Assembly (NCBI GenBank): GCA_040437565.1
Contig: JBDOQK010000060.1
Location: 62,001-126,000 of the forward strand
DNA from: Albugo candida
Taxonomy: Eukaryota
Length of the DNA: 64,000 nucleotides
Direction of reading: 5' to 3'
The stretch's first letter is position 1, and every line of letters begins with the position of its first letter. The notes below the pieces were generated by a model. That model saw nothing but the letters and a program-made list of their open reading frames with translations. It had not been told where the DNA came from and searched no databases. Made by a program: the position numbers and the translations under genes. Positions 1 to 11,897 of the stretch are shown in pieces.

Positions 1-1910
1 AAGTTACAGATTCCAAAGTTACGATTTCCATCACCAATCGTGAATTTGTTGTATTTTACGCTGAAAGGAACGGCATGCCGAGTGATGCCGCATCTTCAGT
101 TCTCTTTCACAGACACTTGCACCATCGCTGTAATGACATTTGACGCAACAGTATTTAGCGTCAAATGATAACGTACCTTTCAAGACAGCGCCTTAAGAAT
201 ACCGATGCAATAAAGGGATAGTAAAGCGCTTCCACTTTGCAGAATCACAGGCATGTACGTATGTATCTGACTGATAATGTCGTCTTTTAGCAGACAGAGT
301 ATTTGTTACTTCTGACGCTGATACAAAGCAGCTCTGATCACGTTGAAAGGTTCGAATTAGCAGCTGATACAAGTCACAGAGCGCAGACCCTCAATGAGAG
401 AATATGATACTGCAATCATAAAGTGCACTATTACCAGGTCGTACTTCGCATATATCCGATGTATCAGCTACATGCTACTGTTTGAATGGTATGGCTGGGA
501 CTTGAAGTGCATACACTTGCTACAATCAGATACTTTTATTGCAGCATGTTCGAAATGTGAATGTTGCATCACTATAATAACAGGAAATCAAGTGACGCAA
601 TTGTATTAACAAGGACTGAACGCGCAATGACATTTCAATATGAACGTTGACGACACGCCAAACGACATAATCAGTGAGAAGGAGACATTACGCATTGCAG
701 TCTAATTACTAGTTACGATATAAGCTTATCGACACCTTCAGTAGCATAACTTGTTCCAGCAAGTAGCATCTGCTCAGACTGACTTGCATTTAGAGCCTAT
801 TGTTTGTACCTTAGTGCTTTATTTATGTTTCGACATCAATGTGATCATTCCGCATGGAGCACTTCGCGGTTTCCACCTTTTCAGCGAGACCATAGAGAGA
901 ACACGTTCACATCGCTTCATGCACTAAATCAAAAAAACTTTGATTGCAAGTGGTATTATAACATCATAAAACAGGCTATTCCATATGGCGAATTGCTCCC
1001 CGCGCTGCCGCTAATGCAAGGTTTTTAATTCCAAATCAGTGCGCATTCATTCATGCAATTTTACCTAGCTCACAAGCTCTGTGTGTTGCCTCAAACGATC
1101 ACAATTTCACTGTTTGGTTAAGGACGTCAACTTGAGCTATCCAGCACGATTACGTGACCCCAGCCAGAGCAGCAAATGGCGCTTCACGATTCAGATTGTT
1201 CGAGTAGAAGGTGGAATGCGCTAATGTTCAACTACTACTATATGACTGCGTCAGCAAACCGATAATGTTAAGTGTTTACATTGAGTTTTAGGAGAGATAA
1301 AGGTCGAATGTAATTGTACGAGTTGAAAATCTACGTCAATCAGTAAATTGCTGATACGTGTGTCGAGAAAACTTGAATCCTTCGCGTAGCATTGGGTGAT
1401 ATTCGATGTTTAGTGGCCTTCTATCGGGACATCGGTCGTCGTGTAATAATCGTTTACTCACAACGTAAAGATATGATCTTAGTGGAGTTGTCAATTGATT
1501 CAGTAGATTGCTAATTCCATACGTCTTTGCGGTCTTCAGCTTTCACTACAATCTGCAAGGTTCTACAAGTCTCTTCCTAATCGAAAGGCTATACGCGGTG
1601 CTGATGCTTCGTTCTCACAGCTACAAGTTCTAGGAGTCTTTTCACTTGCTCCGTGCTTAGACATTTGAAGGGACCTGAGAACGGCAAGCACTCAATGAAA
1701 ACAATTCCCGCGTTCGAGCAGTTCCGTTATGTGTCCCACTTCACTTGACTTTTTTGCGTTTTGATAGCCTTTATNNNNNNNNNNNNNNNNNNNNNNNNNN
1801 NNNNNNNNNNNNNNNNNNNNNNNNNNNNNNNNNNNNNNNNNNNNNNNNNNNNNNNNNNNNNNNNNNNNNNNNNNAGTCACTTGTCAGTGATCCTGCATTT
1901 CTTCGCAAGG

Positions 1911-2581
1911 ATGGACGCAGCGCAAAAGCTTACTCTTCCGCTTGGTATGTATCCTTTCAAAAGCACATTATTCAGAACAAAGTGTAAACTTGGCTCTACA
2001 GACGCTTTGATTCAACACAAAAAGTCAATACGTTCGCGTCACAAAGCTACAAAACCCTCGCGAAAACAGCCAAAACGCCGTACAAATGTGAAAAAAACGG
2101 TCGTAGTTCCCGTTTCTTCCAAAATGGTCGCTCAATCGTCTTTTTCGCCGTAATATGTACTCAACCATGTGTTCTGTAGCGCGCGCGGGCCAACTTAGCC
2201 GATGCATCACTCAAGCGTCAGGCTGTGGTGAATAAGCGTCGAAAAGGATTGGAGATCGCGCAAGGAAATCAGAAACAAAATAAGATGCCAAAAGTATCGG
2301 CAAAATGGAGCTCGCAATTGCATCGTTCGGCCAAAAACAGCTCCGAAGCAAAGTTGCCACCAAAAAAACCTCTGAAAACACATCCCAGCGATTTGCTCGA
2401 TGTGTCCAACATTCAGCGGCATTTCAAGACCCACCCGAAGAAATTCGACCTACCGGAAGGCACCAATCTCCGCATAACGATCGAGTACGTGAATGGAATC
2501 AACACGCCTTCCTTCTCTTCTCACAATCTGTACTTTAGTCTGAAAAAAGTGCAGCCAGTCGTAGGAACAACAAAGAAATGA
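1911..2581 (+). CDS. Putative two-exon Lys/Arg-rich protein of unknown function
   Basis: ATG at 1911 (MDAAQKL...). A candidate intron at 2127-2179 (GTCGCT...TGTAG, phase 0) joins it to the 2225-2581 frame. A decayed inverted copy lies at ~55900-56580. Confidence 0.4.
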
Positions 2582-2632
2582 GACATACTTCAGCGTCGTA
2601 AGCGATAACAATATTTCAACAAAAACATATTC

Positions 2633-3578
2633 TCATTCATTTGGCAAGACGATTCTCAACCAATTCTCGACGTCTCTGATTTCTTCCTCACTGGAGCTGT
2701 GCTCCAAGTGTGGATACGCTTTGAATTGGATGTTTCTCGACCCACAGGATTCCAAAACCTCTTTAGTGAGCTTTCCCCATTCAAATCGTACCACAGGATC
2801 CATTTCGCCATGACACATCAAAATTGGGACGTCTTTTGACGCTTGACTCATTTGAAAAGCCTCGCGTTTGGGTAAATATCCAGAAAGAACGAGAACACCT
2901 CCGAGTTTGTGCGGAAATTGTAAGCCTGTGAAAATGGACATTGCACCTCCTTGGCTGAATCCGGCCAAGACAATTCGATGCGATGGAATTCCTTTTTGAA
3001 TTTGCTCTTCAATGAATTGGCCAAGTCGAAGTTGCGATTCTTCAATGCCTTTGGCTCCCTGTTCATCCCGTGAGCTTAATGATGTGATATCGTACTGCTC
3101 TCAAGGATTCAATCAAAATTACACACGAGATGATACGAACGGAAGAGAATGGTACCCATGAAGGCATTTTCATTCCCATATTTAGCGTCACTGGTTGTGT
3201 TTTTGCTACATGTTCAAAGGTGTTAAGAAAACGTCTGCGTGAAAAATCGCATTGGATACCCGTCGGAAGGACAAATCGGATATGAGGTAAGCTCTTTGAA
3301 AGTAATTCCATGCTACTGGCCCATCCATGCGCGGTATCGCCGAGCCCGTGTGCGAAAATGACCTATGACAAAGATCCTCTTTGAAAAAATAGCAATTTAG
3401 AAGCAACAGGAGCATATTTTACAGCAGCAGTCGGCTTCGATGGCGAAATACGAATTGTTCCGTCTGTATCCGGCTTCATTGCGGTCTGGTGGGTCCAAAA
3501 CGAGCGCTTGAAATGGAGTGAAATTGGTCGTCGCGAGTGCGTGATAATTGGCCCAACAGAAGGCCTCCAGACATTCAT
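2633..3578 (-). CDS. Acyl-protein thioesterase / lysophospholipase (LYPLA/APT1 family), 4 exons
   Basis: Spliced motifs VIFAHGLGDT, QPVTLNMGMKMPSW|YDI, GFSQGG nucleophile elbow, HGEMDPVV and EHSS. The start is 3578 or 3479. Confidence 0.9.
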
Positions 3579-3785
3579 TCAATCAGATTGCGTGTTATAG
3601 CGCTGGTGGAATTTGGATTGGATATAAATATAAGGTTTTGATTAATTTAGAAGACTAAGTTTGTACGCGTTGATTGATTGATAATCACACTCAGTATACA
3701 CGATTTAGACCAATAGTGGTGCGTGGACGAGTAGGAACATAGGCATTACTACGATCGACAGACGCTCGCGAGTCGTACCGCTCAA

Positions 3786-4144
3786 TCAGTTATCACGACT
3801 GTCATCCACGGCTTCTGAACTCGCAGTGGGTGTTTTGGTTTCTTCATCCCATAAAACCGTGTGCGCTTTCTCCAAAACAGGAAATTGGAAGGTGTCAATA
3901 ACACACTTCTCAGCAGGAGCACACAGCTGACAGATCTGAGCATACCCAACGCGCTTGCATCCTGGCTTTTTACCGGATTGTGGCACATTGTAGTAACACG
4001 GAGGATTTCATCGCAGCGAGTTGTATTGGACTTGGAAGCGGTCTAAAATACTCTATTGATTGTGGCGGAATCTGGGAGCTGCCATTGGCTAAAACACTCG
4101 TGTACGCTTCGATAACTCTTTCTGCCCGCTTCTCATTGGCTTTT
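3786..4144 (-). CDS. C-terminal part of the Cys-rich secreted protein whose N-terminal part is at 53686-54926; one apparent +1 frameshift near 4007
   Basis: Reads KANEKRAERVIEAYTSVLANGSSQIPP...LAAM, then after removing one A from ATGAAATCC it continues NPPCYYNVPQSGKKPGCKRVGYAQICQLC. Positions 4079-4144 are the exact reverse complement of 54861-54926. Confidence 0.75.
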
Positions 4145-4384
4145 NNNNNNNNNNNNNNNNNNNNNNNNNNNNNNNNNNNNNNNNNNNNNNNNNNNNNNNN
4201 NNNNNNNNNNNNNNNNNNNNNNNNNNNNNNNNNNNNNNNNNNNNGAGATAATACAACCGAACATCATTCTGTACTGAATCGTACTTATACTGCTACTACG
4301 GTGCATCTACGCACACAATCGATGTCATTGGTTCCACCACACTAAAGCGTACTTGTGCAAAGAAGCACGGTGTTTCAACCGGTA

Positions 4385-6620
4385 TTATCGGTCTCCATAG
4401 CGAAATTGAAGTTTCCAGACTTCATGCAACTTCAACGCGGGCTTCCGGACGATCAATTGATACAAATCCGAGTCGTACGTGAAATCCAACTGCTGATACG
4501 AAACACAGCTTTCCATGTCGTCTTTTTTGATGTTTGTTTCCGCAGAAATCACAGCGTTAATAGCTTCAAATTCACGCAAAACGTTTGTCGGAACTTCTCC
4601 AGCGCTCCAAAAACCGTCAATTCTTTCGGCCCAAATCGACGATGCGTACTCATTCGCCGCCACGAACGATTGTAATCCGTTCATTGTACATTCAAAATGC
4701 ACCAAAGCGAAGCGATTGCTCAATTTGTACGCAAATGTGCGCTCATCATCCAAATACAGTTGACCTTTGGCTGATCATTCGCATCCAATGTGATCAGCAG
4801 ACTCACCGGATCATGATGCATCAATGCAGAACTTCGTCGAACGCGACGTTTTCGTGTAACAATACTTCCACCGCGCTGAAAGACCGGAATATGTTTCGGA
4901 ATTCCGTCATGAAGCTTCCCTTGACCGAGAATTGGCTTGTACTGCTGGAAAAACACTACACCAATTGTATTCGGACGGAAGAACACAGAGCTACTGATGA
5001 TACCCGATTGTACGATCGAATGTATCAAAGGATCTCAACCCAATAATAACGCATCTTCTTGATGCAAAATCTCATCAGAGCGGAAGTGGTACCGTAATGA
5101 ACGGATTTTCGGAAGCCGTTGAGTGGGCCCAATGTAAAATAGTGTGCAGCTGCGGAAGAAGGCTGTATCGCTCACGGATAGCCGAGCGAATGTGTGACGT
5201 GTGTGGTTCACCGAAAACCCATGTCTCACGACGATCGGAATCATGATGTGCGTGTCCACGGAAGAACGGCTGGTACGCTGCAGCTTGATACCATCGTGTA
5301 AGAAGCTCTGTATCAGGATTTCCAAAGAACCCTCCAATATAAGCACCGACAAACGTGAGGCCCGCAATCGACATGGATAAGAGCATTTTCGTCGTGTATT
5401 TGAGATGTTTTCATTTCGCTGCATTATCGCCATTTCAAGTGGCACCGAAACGTTGAGATCCGGCGAAAAATGATCCAGAAAGAACAAATGGTCTCTCCAT
5501 ATCCTCTTGAATCTTGTATGACGACAAGAGTACTCGATCAATAACGGTAATTATCGTACCAGTTGTCCTTCCGCAGTCGCTTTCTGCATATGAAATCCAT
5601 ACAAATTGTGCAATTCGCGACGATTCAGCTTTCGAATGCACGTAATATGCGGGATCGACCCTGGTATGGGGATCCACGATCGTGACAACTTGCGTCCAAC
5701 AATCGCCAAGTTCTCTTGCATTGAGATTCGATTTGGAATATGTACCAAATGTATTGGATCCCACGTGAAATACCGCTTCCCATCGGTAAGCTCGATATCC
5801 AGCCACAAGACATCGTACGGGATTTTGTGCTGATTCAAAGCCGGGTTTGATTTTGACAGCGCCACGCTCATTCTATAGTTCAGCGACACTGATGGTAACC
5901 AAGTGCAAAAAGAGGCGGCATGGAAGCGGTTCCGGTCAATGACACATACTACTTGGAGAAGGATTGAGGCAGAGGTCCGATAAGGAAGAAGACGTCCAAG
6001 ACACCCGACTCAGTCATCCAAGACTCGTCTTTTTGCGTGTGTTTGCATCTTTTATGACATCCAAACGTTTCCGAGGGATTATGGCAGAACAAACCGACGG
6101 AATTCAAAGTATTGGCGGCCATCAGAAGAGGGATGGAGCCATACAAAGCCATTGGAACGTCCAATTCGTACTCAAATACATTGAGATTGTACAGACGATA
6201 GGAAGGATTTACAATCTCATCATTACGGGTGGTATCTTTCAGCTCGAAATCGGTAGCGTGCTCAATACGTCCACACAACTGGCGAAGGTGCTGCTGCGAG
6301 CTGAAAAGAGATATCGACGTCAACGGAACTGGGAAGAAATACCGGTTGCGCGGTATGATTGCGAAAATGTGTCTCCAACCGTCATCGGTTAGAGCAGTAT
6401 TGTTACTGGTATTCTCATCTGTTGAAGCTTTGGCTTATGTGGTTCCATGGGTGTGATAGCGCGACCGTCTTCACCGTAATGGAAGTCTTCTTTACCGTTA
6501 TGGATATCATCTGATACAGTTTATTTGGTTCTTGTGGATACGACGCTATCAGATGTCGTCGTTTCTCTGTGTCTTTGGTACTCAAAATGAAATTGGGTTC
6601 TCACCGTGTACACATCAAAA
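4385..6620 (-). pseudogene. GH31 alpha-glucosidase II pseudogene (module A)
   Basis: Collinear with 50790-53341. It carries frameshifts, TGG>TGA stops and a ~250 bp deletion that removes WNDMNE. Confidence 0.92.
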
Positions 6621-8073
6621 GATTTTCCAAGCTCTCTCCTCATGATGCAGGAGTTCAAAGGATGTAGAGCCGGTCAAAAAGTCAGCTGGATTGCGGAAGT
6701 ATATGCTATCAATGCCCCAGTGCATTGATGCGAATAAGTCAGAAAGTCAGAAAATCGAGTCAAGACTCCATGCAGCCTTTCGTCTACGGAGTCCACAAGC
6801 TACGTCGATAATGAGTTCTTATGGTCGATGCAAAGTTGTATTGTTTACAGCAAAATGCAAAAGAATCTTACAAATGCGACGTTGCAAAGAAGCATCTTCA
6901 AAGCGTCAAGAATCGACGTGCTGCTGGAAGATGACGCTGATGAATATGTGCTGCGAGATTTGCGTGAAACTCAAATCAAGCACCGAGGACAACGACAACT
7001 GTCCCAATCTGTTCGACGGATAAATGATGATAGAGAAAATTGCAAAAGCGCGAATGGGTCTTGTGATCGTTCATCAGCGGGAGATTATCGTACAATTTAC
7101 ATCGATGGCAACGAGAAAGAGGCGTCTCCCTTGTATGATCAACCTTTGACCACTCTGTTACATTCTACAAAAGACGCTTCATCTATGAATGAGGTCCTAC
7201 AGCATCCGATATAACTCGGCTCGTGTGAGAGAATCTGAAGGTCCTGCAGCTGCGAAAGAAAGATGTTATCATCACCCAGTAGTCTGTCTCTTGGTCTGGA
7301 TGCCATTCAATAATCTGGCTGGTCAGCCACAGCTCACTCTAATTACTCAGTCAATGGATGCGACCTAGCGGCTGAATGCTGTGGCGTTCTCAATATTTGA
7401 TTAGACTGTGGACCTTGGGTACGAAGTCATCTCTCGTGGGCAAGAAATATGAGTTGGTGGTGTTCCTGGGACTGATACATTCAAATTCGATTGTTACAAC
7501 ATGTGTGAAGTAATCTAATTGCCCAGCTCCCAGCTGTATGGATTATCGTGAGATAATTCCACGCAATATCTTGTTCGATTAGCCGATGGATACAAACGAG
7601 TGAACGCGAAGAAACACACCAGTACGCTTTCGTTTTCTAACTGGCATTCCAAATGGAGCGTGTACGACCAGGAGGATTGCGTCCAGGATTGCGTACGATG
7701 AAGACGATTATGAGCGCTCTAATAGTGCACTTTTGGAGCTTGTGTCCAAAGCGAAGACACACACGGTATCGAACAACTATCTTGCTAGTAAAGGAGGCGG
7801 AGCGATCGTGATTATACAAGCAGTAGTCGTGGTTTTTTCGTGATCCGGGGACTCGTTTTGACACATACACTATGTACATGTTCGTGTCATCAAAATCACC
7901 GTGTGGAAAGGAGCACTTCAACAAGTACAGCGCTGTGTCACAAAACTGAGAGTATGAAATCAAAATTCGGATGTAAATGAATCATTAAGCTTGTCTCAAA
8001 AGCAAAGTATCCCATGATCATGAGCCATTCGAATATGCTCTACGTTTTGTACAAGCTCGATAATGTCAAGCAC

Positions 8074-9000
8074 CTAGCAGATTACACAACCATCCTTCCC
8101 AGTTGTGCTAGCCTCTTCACATTTACTTCTCCGATACTAGAGCAGTCTACGTAGGGTCGATTTTCTATGTCTTGATTCGATCCTTTGCATCGACACTGAC
8201 CTTAATAGGTGTCAGTAATGTAAGGCACACAGCCCAAGCATTACTTTGGATTGAAGTCACAGCTTTCGCTATGGCTTATGTCAATATCCGTTACGCTCAC
8301 GGTGTAAATCCCCCATATGGTTGAAGCATCGATACGAAGTTTATTTCTGACCAACGTATCCCATAGCATAGATTTCTTCGTATATATTCTTCTACCCATC
8401 AAAGTATCTCAAATCTTGCATCGGATAAAAGCTCTACATAAGCTTGTCTTGGGACTTTTAACAAACGGTCGCCAAAATTGATTTCCGAGTTTTCAAGCTT
8501 TACTTGGAGACCACCAAATTCTAACATACTGCCATATAGTACCCCGCCATTTGAAATTGCTGTTTTCACGCTGCCACAAAAAATTGTGAAATATAACAGT
8601 CTCCCCCGGTGTTGCCCCCACATCAAAGGAGTAGACTACTTCTGAAGACATACTTGTGAGCTCGTCAGCATGAGTGTTTTTAAGCTCGCCATTGTGGTAC
8701 AGCATCCGATCCTTGCGCAACTTTTCCCCAAATGAGGAAAGGACTGCAGGACTTCCAACAACCTAGCATACCCTGCTTGACTCTTTACGGTTTACTGGTA
8801 TATAGATAGAATTTGTCTCGTTCTTGTGCTCGTAACTGTACGAATGAAAACCACCGCCATTTTTCTTCGCTTCACTCCTTTTGCCGCGCAAGGCAGACAT
8901 CGTTCGAGAGTAGCATAAGCGCCTACAGCCAAGCCCAAGTAAAATGCCATAATACCCGCATCATTCATTTGTTACTTTTGCAATTTCAACATGCAGCCCC
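8074..9000 (-). pseudogene. Decayed, 5'-truncated fourth member of the secreted 'AYGLAALG/GCWK' family (module A)
   Basis: Across frames it reads GLHVEIAK..IMAFYLG..TLERCLP, MLGCWKS, SSEVVYSF, LENSEINFGDRLLKVPRQAYVEL, NAWAVCLTLLTPIKVSVDAKDRIKT* and GCVIC*. These occur in the same order as the matching motifs in 10872-11897, 35850-36877 and 58771-59805. Confidence 0.75.
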
Positions 9001-9330
9001 ATACAAATCCATTGAAATGTCAACTCGTACTCCAATACATCGAGTGTACAGACGATAGGAATCTCATAAAACAGATATCGACGCCAAGAAACTGGGATCG
9101 AATACCGGTCTATCGGTATGATCGCTTCCAGGCCGTTATCGGTTCTATCGGTATCAGTACTGGTATTCTCAGCAGTAGAAGCTTTGGCCTATTTCTTTAC
9201 CGTTGCGGATGTCCTCTGTGACGAGTTCTTTGGTCCTTGTCGATGCGATGAGGTCTCTTTGGTCAAAGTGAATTGATCATGATCTGTAAACGACATTACC
9301 ATTCGCTGTCCATGAATAGAGCACGATACA
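9000..9330 (-). pseudogene. Highly degraded glucosidase II remnant (module B)
   Basis: Nucleotide similarity to 6139-6600 and to the reverse complement of 50810-51330, e.g. ccatacaaatccattgaaatgtcaactcgtactccaatacatcgag and atcgaataccggtctatc. Confidence 0.7.
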
Positions 9331-10871
9331 CTTCAGGCTCTCTTCTCGTGGTCTGAATTCATAAAGGATTTAATGGCGATCACAATTTGCTGGTTTTACG
9401 AGTCTTTTCTTTTCGGGATAAATGATGTGATTGAGTCAGAAAACGGAATGAAGAATTCTCGTACTCGTTCCTCTGCGAAGTACATATTCACGTCGTAATG
9501 AGTTGTTTTGGTCTACGACGGTGAAGTTTAATCGAACCAATCAATTCGACATTGTGGGAGTCGTATTCACATCCTCGAAACTTGATACAACGTACAAAGT
9601 TGACGCTGATGAATGTGTTTCGCGAGATTTGTTAGGGAATCAGCTTCAGAAGTGTCCGACCACGACAACTTTACCAAAGCTAGTCAATGGAGAGAAGAAT
9701 GTCTGCAAATGCATACTGGGTCTTGTAATCGTACATCGAGGAATATTATGGTACAATCCACATCCACGACAACAAATTGAGTACGTCTCGCCTGCATGCA
9801 TCGACTTTAGACCGATGTGTTACATCCTTCAAAAGACGCCTCAGTTAGAAATGTGGTCTTACAACAACCGATCAGCTCGTCTCGTGTCAGAGAAGTTCAA
9901 ATATTTTGCAGCTGCCGAAGAAAGGTGTTGTTATCACCCAGTGGTCTTTCAACTAAATAAATGTATGGCATCGTGTCACAGAACCTTCAAAAACTGGTTC
10001 GGGTGTCAAGCAAGAACGTGTTTGGTTAACTACATCCCACTATAGCTCCAGATTACTTGCCAGCTCAAATGAGTAAAAAAGAGTCAATTTATTCGATGCG
10101 ATTTACAGATTGAACTCTGTGGCATCTTCGTTGTGTAGTTGAGACATGGACTTTGGGTATTGTTTCATCCTTTTTGGGACAAGAAGGATGGATTGGTGTC
10201 ACTCGGTCTGATACAAAAATCCGATTGCTTGGAGACCTGTGAAGAAACCTAGTTACCCAGTTATTCCAGCTCGCATGTATATGCCGAAAGATTACTACAC
10301 GCAATGTCATGACGAATCAGCGGAACGATTTGAATTGAGTGAAGTAGAATGAACGCCGAATATGGATGTTAGCCTGTCGTGCCAGATGAAACGTGTACAG
10401 CAATTGTTTTGCATGAAGGATCACTCATGGTGAAGGCGGTAGTTCGCAGTGTGATCTTTCGATCTCAGGAATTTGAATGCGAACTGTACGAGCACGTATT
10501 CCATACGAGAAATTTGTCATCGAAGAATGCGAATAGATTATACGCAAGTAGCAGGTTCATGTCCATTAAGTGACATGGGGACTTCAAATAAGATATTTCC
10601 CTCACTATGTTTTCAATATCTGTAATATCTTGTAGATGATTAAACGCATGGAATCAAAAGCTGAATGTGTATTGACCATTAGTGTCTTGAAGCGAACGAT
10701 CTTAATGTAGGCTATATGGATACGCTCGACATTTCGTACCAGCTGCATGGTAACATGAAGCTAGCAATCACACATTCAAATCTCCCAGTTCAAGTTCTTG
10801 ACCCTCTTCTAATTATACGTCGAAGACTTCAGTTCAAGTGCTTCATTCTCTTCTCTGTATTTGTTGAAGAA

Positions 10872-11897
10872 CTACGCTTTAGCAACGATTTCGTATTGTT
10901 TGACGTCACCTCGCGTATCGACACTGATAGGGAAACCCGCCATTAGTACAGGAGTGAGAATCCATGCGCCATTGCCGCTAGGCTTAATATGGATGCGTTC
11001 GAAATTAGACACTTTAAAGTGTGTTCCGGGTAGTTTTATAAAAGTTTTCCCGTCTGGTAATAACTTTAGTTGCATCACCATGTCGAAGGTTTTGCATGTA
11101 GACAACCTGTAATGGATTCCATAGTCAATGTCGTAACCATTACGCTTTATTTCGTTTATGGTAGCATCGTAAGCCTCTTGCGGCAATTGTAGTAGATAAG
11201 GGGAAAACCGAATTTCGATGTTTTGGCTCTTATAAAAGAAGCCAGCATAATAGATGTCAGCGAGGCCGGTGCTTATCTTCGGTATGGAAGTGCCATCTTC
11301 AGTTTTCCTATTAATATCCATAATATAACTTATCATATCGTCCGTTACCGTCGCTGAAAAGGTGTAAACTGCTTTCGGAGCCAAACTTATGAATCTGTCA
11401 GCATTTAGTATATTGCTGTCATCCAATGGAGGACGTATTATCATCTTCTCCTTGTGCAATTCCGACAATTCCGTCCGAGACAGCTTCCAACAACCTTGTG
11501 TTGCATGGTTGGGGTCGCTGTTGGTCTGGTCTGTAGAAAATGGCTCATACAACAATTGGGTCTCCGTGTTGCGCTTGGCCTTGCCTGATGGAATCCGTTT
11601 TGAATTCGATGATTTGCCCTTGGCCTTGCCTGATGGCTTCCCTTTTGAAATCGATGATGGTGATAAAATAGACATGCACCGCTTATAAGCTCCACGCCTG
11701 TCCTCAGAACCATCCATATAAAATGTCAGCATATACATGTCTTCTTCATCTTCTATCTTAACAGTTTCGAAGTTCATACCCCAAGGGGAATGACCTACTT
11801 TGTACAATCTTATGTGAGTACCCAACGTAAATCGGAGAAATGTTGTCCACACCCCAAGGGCAGCGAGACCGTACGCTTTAAGCTTTGAAATCTTCAT
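10872..11897 (-). CDS. Secreted candidate effector of an unnamed family (module B), 341 aa, intronless
   Basis: Signal-peptide-like N-terminus MKISKLKAYGLAALGVWTTFLRFTLG. Shares GCWKL, VY(T/S)F and QNIxIxF motifs with the paralogs. Confidence 0.8.
   Translation of the reverse strand: MKISKLKAYGLAALGVWTTFLRFTLGTHIRLYKVGHSPWGMNFETVKIEDEEDMYMLTFYMDGSEDRRGAYKRCMSILSPSSISKGKPSGKAKGKSSNSKRIPSGKAKRNTETQLLYEPFSTDQTNSDPNHATQGCWKLSRTELSELHKEKMIIRPPLDDSNILNADRFISLAPKAVYTFSATVTDDMISYIMDINRKTEDGTSIPKISTGLADIYYAGFFYKSQNIEIRFSPYLLQLPQEAYDATINEIKRNGYDIDYGIHYRLSTCKTFDMVMQLKLLPDGKTFIKLPGTHFKVSNFERIHIKPSGNGAWILTPVLMAGFPISVDTRGDVKQYEIVAKA

Noticed and set aside
1-1774. Short ORFs in this stretch, and in 13345-14500, 28050-29450, 56600-57400 and 61000-61800
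   Set aside because: No recognisable motifs, splice patterns or repeats, so I could not support any feature.
10872-11897. RxLR-dEER, CHxC/CCG or Crinkler LxLFLAK assignment for the secreted family
   Set aside because: None of these motifs is present after the signal peptide in any copy.
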